Source: a bacterium (GTDB taxonomy: Bacteria; Zhuqueibacterota; Zhuqueibacteria; Zhuqueibacterales; Zhuqueibacteraceae). Taken from it: DNA of 24,482 bases. Shown here in pieces: positions 1 to 7,890 of this stretch. How positions within the stretch are numbered: position 1 is the stretch's first letter; each line of letters starts with the position of its first letter. The notes beneath the pieces are model-generated. The model searched no databases. It was not told the DNA's origin and worked only from the letters and a program-made list of their open reading frames with translations. The stretch is taken from contig JBIOXB010000224.1 of NCBI GenBank assembly GCA_044869275.1, positions 1 to 24,482 of the forward strand. The letters are read 5' to 3'. Made by a program: the position numbers and the translations under genes.

Positions 1-237
1 AAGCACAAGGCTTTTTATAGGCTTTTTGGTTTTAGGAAATTAGAGGGTACATCTGAGCAGTATTGTCCTGCCGTCGGAAATAATTTCTTGTGTCTTATCG
101 TGTCAAATCAGCGGCCGGTGGGCAAACTGAAAGAAAAATTACTGCAACTGGCGGAAATCTTTCACAGAAAGAAGTGCCTTAGTCATTGCCTGTCTGCGCC
201 TGAACAGTATAAGACGCTCGAATCAGCGTTGAGCTGA
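1..237 (+). CDS. 5'-truncated ORF, C-terminal part of a possible GNAT-fold / N-acyl amino acid synthase (FeeM-like) protein
   Basis: Frame 1 is open from base 1 to TGA 235-237 (KHKAFYRLFGFRKLEG...ESALS*). 'HxxFYxxFGF' resembles the C-terminal GNAT motif. It ends 18 nt before the next gene. Confidence 0.45.
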   Translation, partial: KHKAFYRLFGFRKLEGTSEQYCPAVGNNFLCLIVSNQRPVGKLKEKLLQLAEIFHRKKCLSHCLSAPEQYKTLESALS

Positions 238-255
238 GTAGCTTGAGGAAGAATA

Positions 256-705
256 ATGAAAAAAACGCCATCCATTATCTTTGTGATCGCAGTATTTTAT
301 GTTTTGCCGCTGTTGGGCAGAGCTGCATTCATCATTCATCCCCAAATGCTCTTTCTCATGCTGGCCTGCAGCCTGCTTTTTTGGACTCAGCCTGCGATCA
401 GTCTCAACGAAGCGGAAGCTCAGAAGCCGGCCGACCAAAGCTCGGTTTTCTGGATTTTGATCGCGACCTCCCTCAGCCAGATTGCCGCTGTGGTGGAGTG
501 GGCATATTTTCATGAACACCGTTTGACCACGAGCAATTTGACATTGGGGTTGACCGGCATGGCATTGCTGATTAGCGGCATTGCGTTCCGGCTTTGGGCC
601 ATTCAAGTGCTAGGCAAATACTTTACCGCGACCGTGCAAGTGCAAAACGGGCAGAAAATTAAGAATTCGCAACAAGCTTCAACTTTTGGCCCGCTTTGTG
701 TATAA
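256..705 (+). pseudogene. Truncated isoprenylcysteine carboxyl methyltransferase (ICMT/Ste14)-family membrane protein
   Basis: GAGGA SD before ATG 256. Several TM helices and the typical 'FRLWAIQVLGKYFTATVQVQNGQKI' segment are present. The expected following 'GPY..VRHP.Y' motif and C-terminal helix are absent in all three frames after about 660. Confidence 0.7.
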
Positions 706-770
706 TACTGCAATATCCCGGCGCAAACGCGCCGGAGGCAAGCAGGATCATTCACAAGGATCGGCCCTTC

Positions 771-1166
771 ATGCTGAAAGAAATTCCTTACATTCGCCAA
801 ATCAGAGGCGAGCCGCACCGTCGCTGGTTCGAAGATCAGAATTTTGATTTGATCGTTTGGTTCGACCAGGACGGCGGCATTCTCGAGTTCGAATTGTGTT
901 ACGACAAGGGCAGAAACCAGCGCGCCCTGCGCTGGGAGAAGCCCGATAAATACTCGCATTTCCGTGTAGACGACGGCGAGCATCACTCCGGCAAGGGGAA
1001 AGCGAGCCCGGTCCTGCTGCGCGATCCGCGCTTTGATCGTGAAAAAGTACTCAGGCATTTCGAACGCGAGGGCGCAAGCCTGGAATATGGAATCGTGAAG
1101 CTGGTGTGCGAGAAAATCTCACAATGTCCTTTGCGTAAGACCGGCGGCCGCAAGCGCCCGGCGTGA
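771..1166 (+). CDS. Hypothetical protein (131 aa)
   Basis: AAGGA SD at about 756-760 before ATG 771. Protein-like sequence with aromatic/acidic motifs 'RRWFEDQNFDLIVWFD', 'FELCYDK' and 'HFRVDDGE'. TATAAT at 701-706 may be its -10. Confidence 0.75.
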   Translation: MLKEIPYIRQIRGEPHRRWFEDQNFDLIVWFDQDGGILEFELCYDKGRNQRALRWEKPDKYSHFRVDDGEHHSGKGKASPVLLRDPRFDREKVLRHFEREGASLEYGIVKLVCEKISQCPLRKTGGRKRPA

Positions 1167-1171
1167 GAGGA

Positions 1172-1218
1172 AGAATAATTTAGCGGCAGAATTAATCATT
1201 CTGCCGCTAAATTATTCT
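1172..1218. repeat. Perfect 21-bp inverted repeat with 5-nt loop (terminator-like or REP-like)
   Basis: AGAATAATTTAGCGGCAGAAT (1172-1192), loop TAATC, ATTCTGCCGCTAAATTATTCT (1198-1218). It begins 5 nt after the stop at 1166. Confidence 0.9.
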
Positions 1219-1389
1219 GCTGCAAGATTTTTGAGATTTTCTTCTGCGCTCATGTGCCCTCTCATCACTTTCTCTCCCTCCGCTTTTCCCTCCCACAAAA
1301 TTTCTTATGAAATCCATCAATATTTTACCGGCTTACGCTATTTCTTCAGTGAAAAATCGAAACCAACTGTTTTTCACGGGGATCGGTGC

Positions 1390-1749
1390 ATGCCCATTCC
1401 AGCTGCCATGAAACCTGCCATAAACTATGTCAAATCTCACTGGCGCGAAGGCAGGACTTTAAAGGAAGTCGCCGAGCGCCATGACGTGGACGCCGGCAAT
1501 CTCGATCGGGCCTTTCGACACCAGCAAGGGATGACGATCAAACATTTTGTCGATGAGCGGCGAAAGGAGCACGTCAGCTCGCGACTGGCAAAAAGATTCA
1601 TGCTGGGTTATGAAATCGCCGCGGAGCTGGGATTTGCGAACGACTTGGCGTTCTATCGTTGGGTGAGGCGCGCGTTCGGCGTTTCGTTTTCCACATTGCG
1701 CGCACAAATGCGCCGCCAGGCGATGACAAGAAAGCGTAACAAGAAATAG
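1390..1749 (+). CDS. Stand-alone AraC/XylS-family helix-turn-helix protein (about 119 aa, no effector domain)
   Basis: First HTH 'TLKEVAERHDVDAGNLDRAFRHQQGMTIKHFV' and second HTH 'YEIAAELGFANDLAFYRWVRRAFGVS' match the AraC pattern. Start at 1390 is the first ATG before the domain and is uncertain. Confidence 0.85.
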   Translation: MPIPAAMKPAINYVKSHWREGRTLKEVAERHDVDAGNLDRAFRHQQGMTIKHFVDERRKEHVSSRLAKRFMLGYEIAAELGFANDLAFYRWVRRAFGVSFSTLRAQMRRQAMTRKRNKK

Positions 1750-1938
1750 TGCATGGTTTTTCTTGGAAATGTGGCATGAAAATTTATATTCCCACATTCT
1801 TTTTCGTCCTGCCCCATAATGGATTGTCGGGTCCATTTTCCTGCCCAGGGAACGGCTACCAACGCGAATAAAAAAACAAAGGATTACGGCAAATCGGCAC
1901 CTCATCCTTATTCATTACAACTTTGGAGGACAACAGCC

Positions 1939-4542
1939 ATGAAAAACTTACCGACAATGCCATGCATGCAGCGCACGTATGTCGCCGTGATGCTTCTTGC
2001 CTGGGGTTCTGCTTTGATGAGTTCAAAGACTTTTGCGCAATCCGTGTGGTCAGGTAATGGGCACACATACGAAGCCGTCTATGCGCCTGGACTGACTTGG
2101 GTACAGGCTCAAGCCGCATGCGCCGCACGCGGTGGATACTTGGCGACGATCACGTCTGAGCACGAGAATGATTTTGTCAAGAGCCTTTTCGAAAATAATC
2201 CGGCGTTCTGGTTCGTTGATGGGTTCAACAATGCCCTCGGCCCGTGGACTGGCGGCATTCAAGCATCGGGTTCATCTGAACCAGGCGGTGGCTGGGGTTG
2301 GGCTAATGGAGAGCCGTTCGCGTATACGGACTGGTCCTCACACGACCCTGACAACTGCTGTGGACTCAATCAGAACCGAATTCAATTCATACGAGACGGC
2401 AATGTGCCTCCGACACAATGGACCGATGTCGAACACTTCGCAGGGTTTGTGCGCGGTTACATCTTCGAGTTCTCAGAACCCGAGTGCGTCGCTCCGCCAA
2501 CCAGTTTGGAAAGCTGGTGGCGCGGTGAAAATGACGCGAATGATTTTGCAGGCGACAATCACGGCACGTTAATCAACGGTGCAACTTTTTCACCTGGAAA
2601 AGTGGGACAGGCCTTCAGCTTTGATGGCGTGGACGATTATGTTAGCGTGCCGGATAACGCCGATTGGGATTTCGGCATGAATGACTTTACCATCGACCTG
2701 TGGATACGGTTTGACCAGCTCAAACACAGCATGTTTATCCACCAACAATCTGGCTCGAATTTTGGGGGATTTGAATTCGATTTTCAACCACCTTCAGGCA
2801 TGCTCGTTTTTTCAAGAAACGGCAATGACGGCGGGATTGCCAGAGCTTGGTCACCGCAGACAAGTACGTGGTATCATCTTGCCGTAACTCGGACAGATGG
2901 AACATACAAGCTTTACGTGAATGGCGCGCAACAGGGAAATGAAGAAGCTGATCCTCTGCCGGTTGCCGATGTTACGGGAATCGTGCGCATCGGAAGCTGG
3001 GCTGGCAGCAATCTTTATTACGTTGACGGGCTCATCGATGAAGTTGATGTCTTTCACCGCGCTCTTTCCGCCACCGAAATCCAATCCATCTACAGCGCCG
3101 GCAGCGGGGGCAAATGCCAAGAATGCACACCTCCAACGGTCAGCGTCGCCGGTACCGATCCGGTATTCACCAGCACAACGCATACCTTCGCGGCAACCAC
3201 CGATGCCAATAATCCAAGCTTTGAATGGTCGGTAGCCGGAGGAACCATCAACGGCAGCAACACCAATAACTCGGTCAGCATCACCGCGGGCGCAGTGGGT
3301 ACCATGACGCTGAGTGTGAATGTCACCGACGGCTTGACCAATTGCAGCACAGAGGAAACGAAGGAGGTCACGGTCAATCCGCCGCCGGCCGGAATCGCAG
3401 AAGTCGTTTTCGCGACGAACAGTATCTGGCTCAAAGAACACGCCAAGATTCTCTCCGGCAACGTCATCGTCAACAACATGAGCTCCGGTCCGGTCTTGGA
3501 CTCCCAGGTTGAGTTGTCCGTGGGGCAAGGTGTGACCACGCCTGCCGGGTTTGCGCTCAAGGGCAATCGCATCAAAGTGAAACAAGGTGCGGTAGTTGTG
3601 AGCGATATCTATTATCACGAGCTGACGAACAACGGCACTCTCAGTGGTTCCCAAAACTCTTCTTTGACACTGCCGGTGTTTGCCAGTTTGCCTCCTTTTC
3701 ATCAAGCGCCCGCTGGAACCCAGGACTTGACTGTTTTGAGTGATCAGTCCATTACTCTGTCCGCCGGCGTGTATCGCGAAATCCTCATCAAGCAAAACGG
3801 TACCATCCTCTTCACCGGCGGCGGCACGTTTGCATTCCGCTCTCTTAATGCTGGCATGAAGGCGAAACTGTTGTTCGACGCGCCCACGGAAATCCTGATT
3901 GAAGGCAAGCTGGATACGGATGAGAATTCGTACGTCGGGCCGCAGAGTGGTGTGGAAATTGGCGCAGCGGACATTGTTTTCTATGTCGCCGGCATCAATG
4001 GCAACAATGGAAACTTCGGTGCCACCCCGAAAGCAGCGCAACTGGGTTTGAATAATACCGTTCTCGCCAATTTCTATGTGCCCAACGGCACGTTGTGGTT
4101 GCGTCAAGGCACAGTGGCGACCGGCGCATTTTTGGGCAGGGATGTTATTGTCGGCGAACAAGTGCAAGTTGCGCTGGAAAGTGCTTTTGGTGAAGGTAGC
4201 AGCCTTGCCAAATCTGGCAACGACGAAAGCGGCCGGAAAAGACTTGTCTCCACGATGATTCCGGAAGCATTCGTCTTGCTCCAGAATTATCCCAACCCTT
4301 TTAATCCCGAAACCGAGATTCGCTTCCTACTTCCGGTGGCGGCGCGCGTGGTGTTGAGAATTTTTGGCACTGATGGCCGCGCCGTGCGCACGCTTGCCGA
4401 AGGGAATTATACAGCCGGCGATCACACCGTGCGCTGGGACGCGAAAGATAACTCCGGCAATCCGGTCGCCAGCGGAACTTATCTTTACCAATTACAGGCA
4501 GGCGGCAATACCAAGGTAAAAAAGATGAGCCTGCTGAGATAA
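1939..4542 (+). CDS. Secreted multidomain protein (867 aa): signal peptide, C-type lectin domain, LamG/ConA-like domain, Ig/PKD-like domain, beta-rich domain, FlgD-Ig/T9SS-type C-terminal domain
   Basis: GGAGGA SD 1925-1930 and signal peptide ending 'TFA-Q'. CTL motif 'NGHTY...TWVQAQAACAARGGYLATITSEHENDFV'. LamG motif 'GKVGQAFSFDGVDDYV...FTIDLW...WYHLAVT...LYVNG...GLIDEV'. C-terminal 'LLQNYPNPFNPETEIRF...WDAKDNSGNPVASGTYLYQL'. Confidence 0.9.
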   Translation: MKNLPTMPCMQRTYVAVMLLAWGSALMSSKTFAQSVWSGNGHTYEAVYAPGLTWVQAQAACAARGGYLATITSEHENDFVKSLFENNPAFWFVDGFNNALGPWTGGIQASGSSEPGGGWGWANGEPFAYTDWSSHDPDNCCGLNQNRIQFIRDGNVPPTQWTDVEHFAGFVRGYIFEFSEPECVAPPTSLESWWRGENDANDFAGDNHGTLINGATFSPGKVGQAFSFDGVDDYVSVPDNADWDFGMNDFTIDLWIRFDQLKHSMFIHQQSGSNFGGFEFDFQPPSGMLVFSRNGNDGGIARAWSPQTSTWYHLAVTRTDGTYKLYVNGAQQGNEEADPLPVADVTGIVRIGSWAGSNLYYVDGLIDEVDVFHRALSATEIQSIYSAGSGGKCQECTPPTVSVAGTDPVFTSTTHTFAATTDANNPSFEWSVAGGTINGSNTNNSVSITAGAVGTMTLSVNVTDGLTNCSTEETKEVTVNPPPAGIAEVVFATNSIWLKEHAKILSGNVIVNNMSSGPVLDSQVELSVGQGVTTPAGFALKGNRIKVKQGAVVVSDIYYHELTNNGTLSGSQNSSLTLPVFASLPPFHQAPAGTQDLTVLSDQSITLSAGVYREILIKQNGTILFTGGGTFAFRSLNAGMKAKLLFDAPTEILIEGKLDTDENSYVGPQSGVEIGAADIVFYVAGINGNNGNFGATPKAAQLGLNNTVLANFYVPNGTLWLRQGTVATGAFLGRDVIVGEQVQVALESAFGEGSSLAKSGNDESGRKRLVSTMIPEAFVLLQNYPNPFNPETEIRFLLPVAARVVLRIFGTDGRAVRTLAEGNYTAGDHTVRWDAKDNSGNPVASGTYLYQLQAGGNTKVKKMSLLR

Positions 4543-4661
4543 GCAGAGCGCATGGAGCATGGCACATGGGGGACCGGAAGTGCGAAAGGCGGGGGCAAAT
4601 AGCGTATGGCGCACAAAAACTCCTTGGCTTCACACCATGCGCTCTACTCTATGCGCCATGC
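4543..4661. repeat. Degenerate heptamer repeats (GCATGG/CCATGC type) forming inverted arms
   Basis: Units GCAGAGC GCATGGA GCATGGC ACATGGG (4543-4570) with complementary units at 4632-4661. Perfect 11-bp IR AGAGCGCATGG (4545-4555) / CCATGCGCTCT (4635-4645). Confidence 0.65.
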
Positions 4662-4742
4662 AAAAAAATCGTCCATATTTTCACCCCTCGCGCTATTACT
4701 GTAACAAAGCTGTGAAGAGCTTTTAATCCATTGGAGGCTGTC

Positions 4743-5873
4743 ATGAAGCACAAAACTTTCATCCTCATGCTTCTTACTCTGATTTTTGGGCCGGGCTGCA
4801 ACCGGGAGGCGCCGGTCAAGCCGGAAGGATCCATTGCGATCGATCAAGAAACGCTCGATGCTCAGGAACTTGAATTGCTGATCGCCAAGCACAGTGAGAC
4901 CGCGGTCGCTCAGGAGAAGAGAGGGCGGACCGTGAGGTTGCCTGCGGGATCGCATGATGGCCTGGCTGCGGCCATTGCTGCAGCGGGGGAAGAGGGCACA
5001 GTGAAAGTCAAAGCCGGACTGCACACCGAATCTCAAACCGTAACCATTGCGCACGAAGTGAAAATTATCGGCGAACCTGGCGCGCTCTTCGAGTTCGATA
5101 CCGAGCCGTTGCCGCCGGCCGGGGAGATCGATCCTGCGCTGCATATCAAAAACGCCGATGACGTCGTCATCTGGAATTTGGAGATTCGCCCTAAAGGCAG
5201 CATCGGCGGCACGGCCATTCTCGTCGAAGACTCCGAAGACGCCATCATCGGGCGCAACATTATGCGCGAGCATCAATTCTCGGTGATGCTCGAAGGCGGC
5301 GACAAGGTTGAGATTTACAAAAACACCATCGTCGCCTCTTCCGGCTGGCAAACCGGCAATCCCCCCGAAGTGCACGGTATCGTGGTGATCAACGGCAAAA
5401 GCGTGGAAGCCGAGAAGAATGACATCAGCAATGCGCTTTTCGGGCTTTGGGCATGCGATGAAAACGGGGAAGCCGAGCGCAACACTTTTCACGAAAATTT
5501 CATCGGGTTAATTTTGTGCAAAGTTCCCGAAAATGCCTTTCCCCTGCCGGGCGGAAAATCAGCCGGCTCGGCGCTGGCCGCCACGGCGTGGAAGGCGGAA
5601 GGCAACAACTCCACGGGCAATTTCGACGCCGGCTATCTCGTCATCGACGGCGCCAACAACAATCGACTGGAAGACAACAATGCCTCCAACAACGGCACGT
5701 ACGACATCGAGCTGACGGGCGATACTTATCGCTTCGGCTTTCTCACGCCGAAATCGTTCGAGAATAAAGTCATGGTCGGGCGTTATCAAAATTTGAAAAT
5801 CAAGGATTGCGGGGAAAACAATACCGTGATCGGCGGGCAGGTGGTGGACAATACGCTGGATCCATGCAACTGA
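4743..5873 (+). CDS. Lipoprotein with right-handed parallel beta-helix repeats (NosD/pectin-lyase-like), 376 aa
   Basis: GGAGG SD 4733-4737 and lipoprotein-like signal 'MKHKTFILMLLTLIFGPG-C'. 'LAAAIAAAGEEGTVKVKAGLH' cap followed by Asn-ladder repeats such as 'NNNRLEDNNASNNG'. Confidence 0.85.
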   Translation: MKHKTFILMLLTLIFGPGCNREAPVKPEGSIAIDQETLDAQELELLIAKHSETAVAQEKRGRTVRLPAGSHDGLAAAIAAAGEEGTVKVKAGLHTESQTVTIAHEVKIIGEPGALFEFDTEPLPPAGEIDPALHIKNADDVVIWNLEIRPKGSIGGTAILVEDSEDAIIGRNIMREHQFSVMLEGGDKVEIYKNTIVASSGWQTGNPPEVHGIVVINGKSVEAEKNDISNALFGLWACDENGEAERNTFHENFIGLILCKVPENAFPLPGGKSAGSALAATAWKAEGNNSTGNFDAGYLVIDGANNNRLEDNNASNNGTYDIELTGDTYRFGFLTPKSFENKVMVGRYQNLKIKDCGENNTVIGGQVVDNTLDPCN

Positions 5874-5940
5874 GAAGGGGGAAGGTGCAGAAGAAGCTCG
5901 TAATGATGAAATAAGAAATCTTCGAAGCGGGGACACATCC

Positions 5941-5977
5941 GCAGCCGGCGTGGGGATAAGAGCCGGCTGCGTTATTT
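5941..5977 (+). terminator. Putative intrinsic terminator hairpin
   Basis: GCAGCCGGC (5941-5949) / GCCGGCTGC (5962-5970) 9-bp GC stem followed by GTTATTT, between convergent genes. Confidence 0.5.
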
Positions 5978-5989
5978 CGGTGGTGGACG

Positions 5990-6067
5990 GGATTGGTGGA
6001 TCATTGGATTAATGGGGCAGTACAGCAATCCATTAATCCAATACTCCATCAATCCATTTATCCGATT
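5990..6067. repeat. Degenerate octamer repeats (GGATTAAT/ATCCATTA type) in inverted arms
   Basis: GGATTGGT GGATCATT GGATTAAT (5990-6013) and ATCCATTA ATCCAATA CTCCATCA ATCCATTT ATCCGATT (6028-6067). Perfect 13-bp IR at 6003-6015 / 6030-6042. Confidence 0.8.
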
Positions 6068-6068
6068 G

Positions 6069-6359
6069 TCATAGGACTGCCAGCACATCATCCTCCGACA
6101 ACATCAAAAACTTCTCCCCTTCATACTCGAACTCTTCTCCCGACCATTTGCTGAACACCACGCGGTCGCCGGTTTTGACGGCCGGCGCCTGGCGCGTGCC
6201 GTCTTTTCTCACCTTGCCCTTGCCCACGGCCAGCACTTCGCCCTGCATCGGCTTTTCCGAAGCGGTGTCGGGAATAATAATGTTGCCGTATTGCTTGGCG
6301 GAATCTTCCAGCCGTTTGATCAAAATGCGGTCGTGCAACGGGGTGACGTTGAGTGCCAT
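6069..6359 (-). CDS. groES: Co-chaperonin GroES (Cpn10)
   Basis: 'PLHDRILIKR', mobile loop 'GNIIIPDTASEKPMQGEVLAVGKG', 'VKTGDRVVFSKWSG', 'LSEDDVLAVL'. GGAGGA SD upstream; 96 aa. Confidence 0.97.
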   Translation of the reverse strand: MALNVTPLHDRILIKRLEDSAKQYGNIIIPDTASEKPMQGEVLAVGKGKVRKDGTRQAPAVKTGDRVVFSKWSGEEFEYEGEKFLMLSEDDVLAVL

Positions 6360-6411
6360 GGTCCATCCTCCATGTGAAGCGATGAAAATTGATTATTTGG
6401 GGGTAAGAGAA

Positions 6412-6450
6412 TTACACGTTACACCTTACGCGTTAAACGTGTAACGTGTA
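6412..6450. repeat. Heptamer repeats (TTACACG type) forming a 12-bp perfect inverted repeat
   Basis: TTACACG TTACACC TTACGCG TTAAACG, then reversed units. TACACGTTACAC (6413-6424) / GTGTAACGTGTA (6439-6450). Confidence 0.85.
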
Positions 6451-6468
6451 CAAAGATAGCCATTTTCT

Positions 6469-7764
6469 TCACGATTTAAAAATCGGGTCCAAATGCCTTA
6501 CCGAACACGGGTGCCCGCCGTTTTGGTATTCGCAATCGCCCCAATAAAAGCATTTGATCGAACAGATCGGCGCCTGTTGCTGCAAATCGATTTCCGGATA
6601 TTCCGAGCGCTGTTCCATGAGCTGCTTGCGCAAACGGCGCTGCTCGAAGAAATTCTTGATGCTGGAAGTTTGCCCGAGCAGCTTGACGTTGACCAGCTTG
6701 GCCAAATCCTGCGCGGCCGGCGAGGAGGGATCCTCCAATAGGAAGGGTTTCAACTCGCGCACCGCGTTGCGCACGCTCTGATCGTAGGTGATGTAGCCGA
6801 GGAATTCAATATCGATCGACAGCAGTTCGGAGGCCGCGGCTTGAATCGCGATGCCTTCCTTGATGTCGTCCTTTTCCATCACCATGTTCAAAATCAACTT
6901 GGGGCGGTGCGATTCGAGCACGGCTTGCATCATATTGGCTGCCGCGGCATCGCCGGCGCGCACCTGGTCGATGATCTGCGCCATGCTGACGCTGATGCGC
7001 CCGGGCCGGTTCACTTCCTCGGAATCTAAAACCGCCATCACCGCGGGGTTGCTTTTGAACGCCAGGCGCAGCCGGCGCATCAGGCAAATTTTGATGAAAT
7101 TGAAACACTCCTGTATCGCCATGGGCTCGGGATTGGTGACCACGATGCCCTCGTCTGCGGTCAAAAAGAAATCGACCACATTATACGACGAGCCGGCACC
7201 GAGATCAAGCAAAATAAAATCGGCTTTGATGGTGCGCAGCTGGCGGATAAAGCGGAGCTTTTGCTGGTATTTCGGATTTGCCAGGCCGAGCGTGCCACAG
7301 GCGCCGCTGATGAGATGCAGGCCTTTGATGTGCGTGGGCAAAATGATGTCGCTGACGTCCTCGACATTCAGCGTGTAGAAATCGAAAAACGTGCGCTCGG
7401 GCTCGAGCATGCCCATCACCGTATGCAAATTGGCCCCGCCCAAATCCGCGTCCACCATCACCACTTCCTTGTTCATGCTGGCGAGCGCCACGCCGATGGA
7501 GGCCGTCATCACGGTCTTGCCCACGCCGCCTTTACCGCCGCCCACCGCGAGGATGCGCTTGGAGCGGTCTTCAATAATCTTGCCGTTGCTTTCAAAAACA
7601 TGCTGCAATTCCTGCAGCTCGGAGGCTTGCAGCCACTCGCCTTCGTCCTCGTTCCAGACGAAATCCGAAGGGCTGAACTCGCCTTTGCCGGCAATGGTGC
7701 GCAGCTCCTGGCTCGAAAACGGGCCATATTGCTTATCGCGGACACGAATGAAAAGATCGTTCAT
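6469..7764 (-). CDS. MinD/FlhG/ParA-family P-loop ATPase with N-terminal GYF_2 (DUF4339)-like domain and C-terminal four-Cys motif
   Basis: N-terminal 'KQYGPFSSQEL...VWNEDEGEWLQASEL' (GYF_2). Deviant Walker A 'GGGKGGVGKT', 'VDADLGGANLH' and 'FILLDLGAG'. C-terminal C-x3-C-x5-C-x8-C 'CSIKCFYWGDCEYQNGGHPC'. Confidence 0.9.
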   Translation of the reverse strand: MNDLFIRVRDKQYGPFSSQELRTIAGKGEFSPSDFVWNEDEGEWLQASELQELQHVFESNGKIIEDRSKRILAVGGGKGGVGKTVMTASIGVALASMNKEVVMVDADLGGANLHTVMGMLEPERTFFDFYTLNVEDVSDIILPTHIKGLHLISGACGTLGLANPKYQQKLRFIRQLRTIKADFILLDLGAGSSYNVVDFFLTADEGIVVTNPEPMAIQECFNFIKICLMRRLRLAFKSNPAVMAVLDSEEVNRPGRISVSMAQIIDQVRAGDAAAANMMQAVLESHRPKLILNMVMEKDDIKEGIAIQAAASELLSIDIEFLGYITYDQSVRNAVRELKPFLLEDPSSPAAQDLAKLVNVKLLGQTSSIKNFFEQRRLRKQLMEQRSEYPEIDLQQQAPICSIKCFYWGDCEYQNGGHPCSVRHLDPIFKS

Positions 7765-7890
7765 TGTCTCTGTGCGTTACAGTTTTGATCCAAATTCAAA
7801 AATGAAATTACAGGCGGCGCGGATTTCTGCCTCCCCTTATAATACCGGCAGAATACCCAACTGCGGAACAGGCGCGGGCAATTGCAGCTC

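Noticed and set aside
2851..4167. 438-aa antisense ORF, and similar long shadow ORFs (4644-5492, 8702-9484, 11456-12250, 17435-18214, 23189-24289)
   Set aside because: They lie opposite well-supported genes and carry no recognisable motifs; such shadows are expected from codon bias in GC-rich DNA.
6360..6468. CIRCE or riboswitch upstream of groES
   Set aside because: No TTAGCACTC-N9-GAGTGCTAA and no recognisable riboswitch; only the heptamer IR is present.
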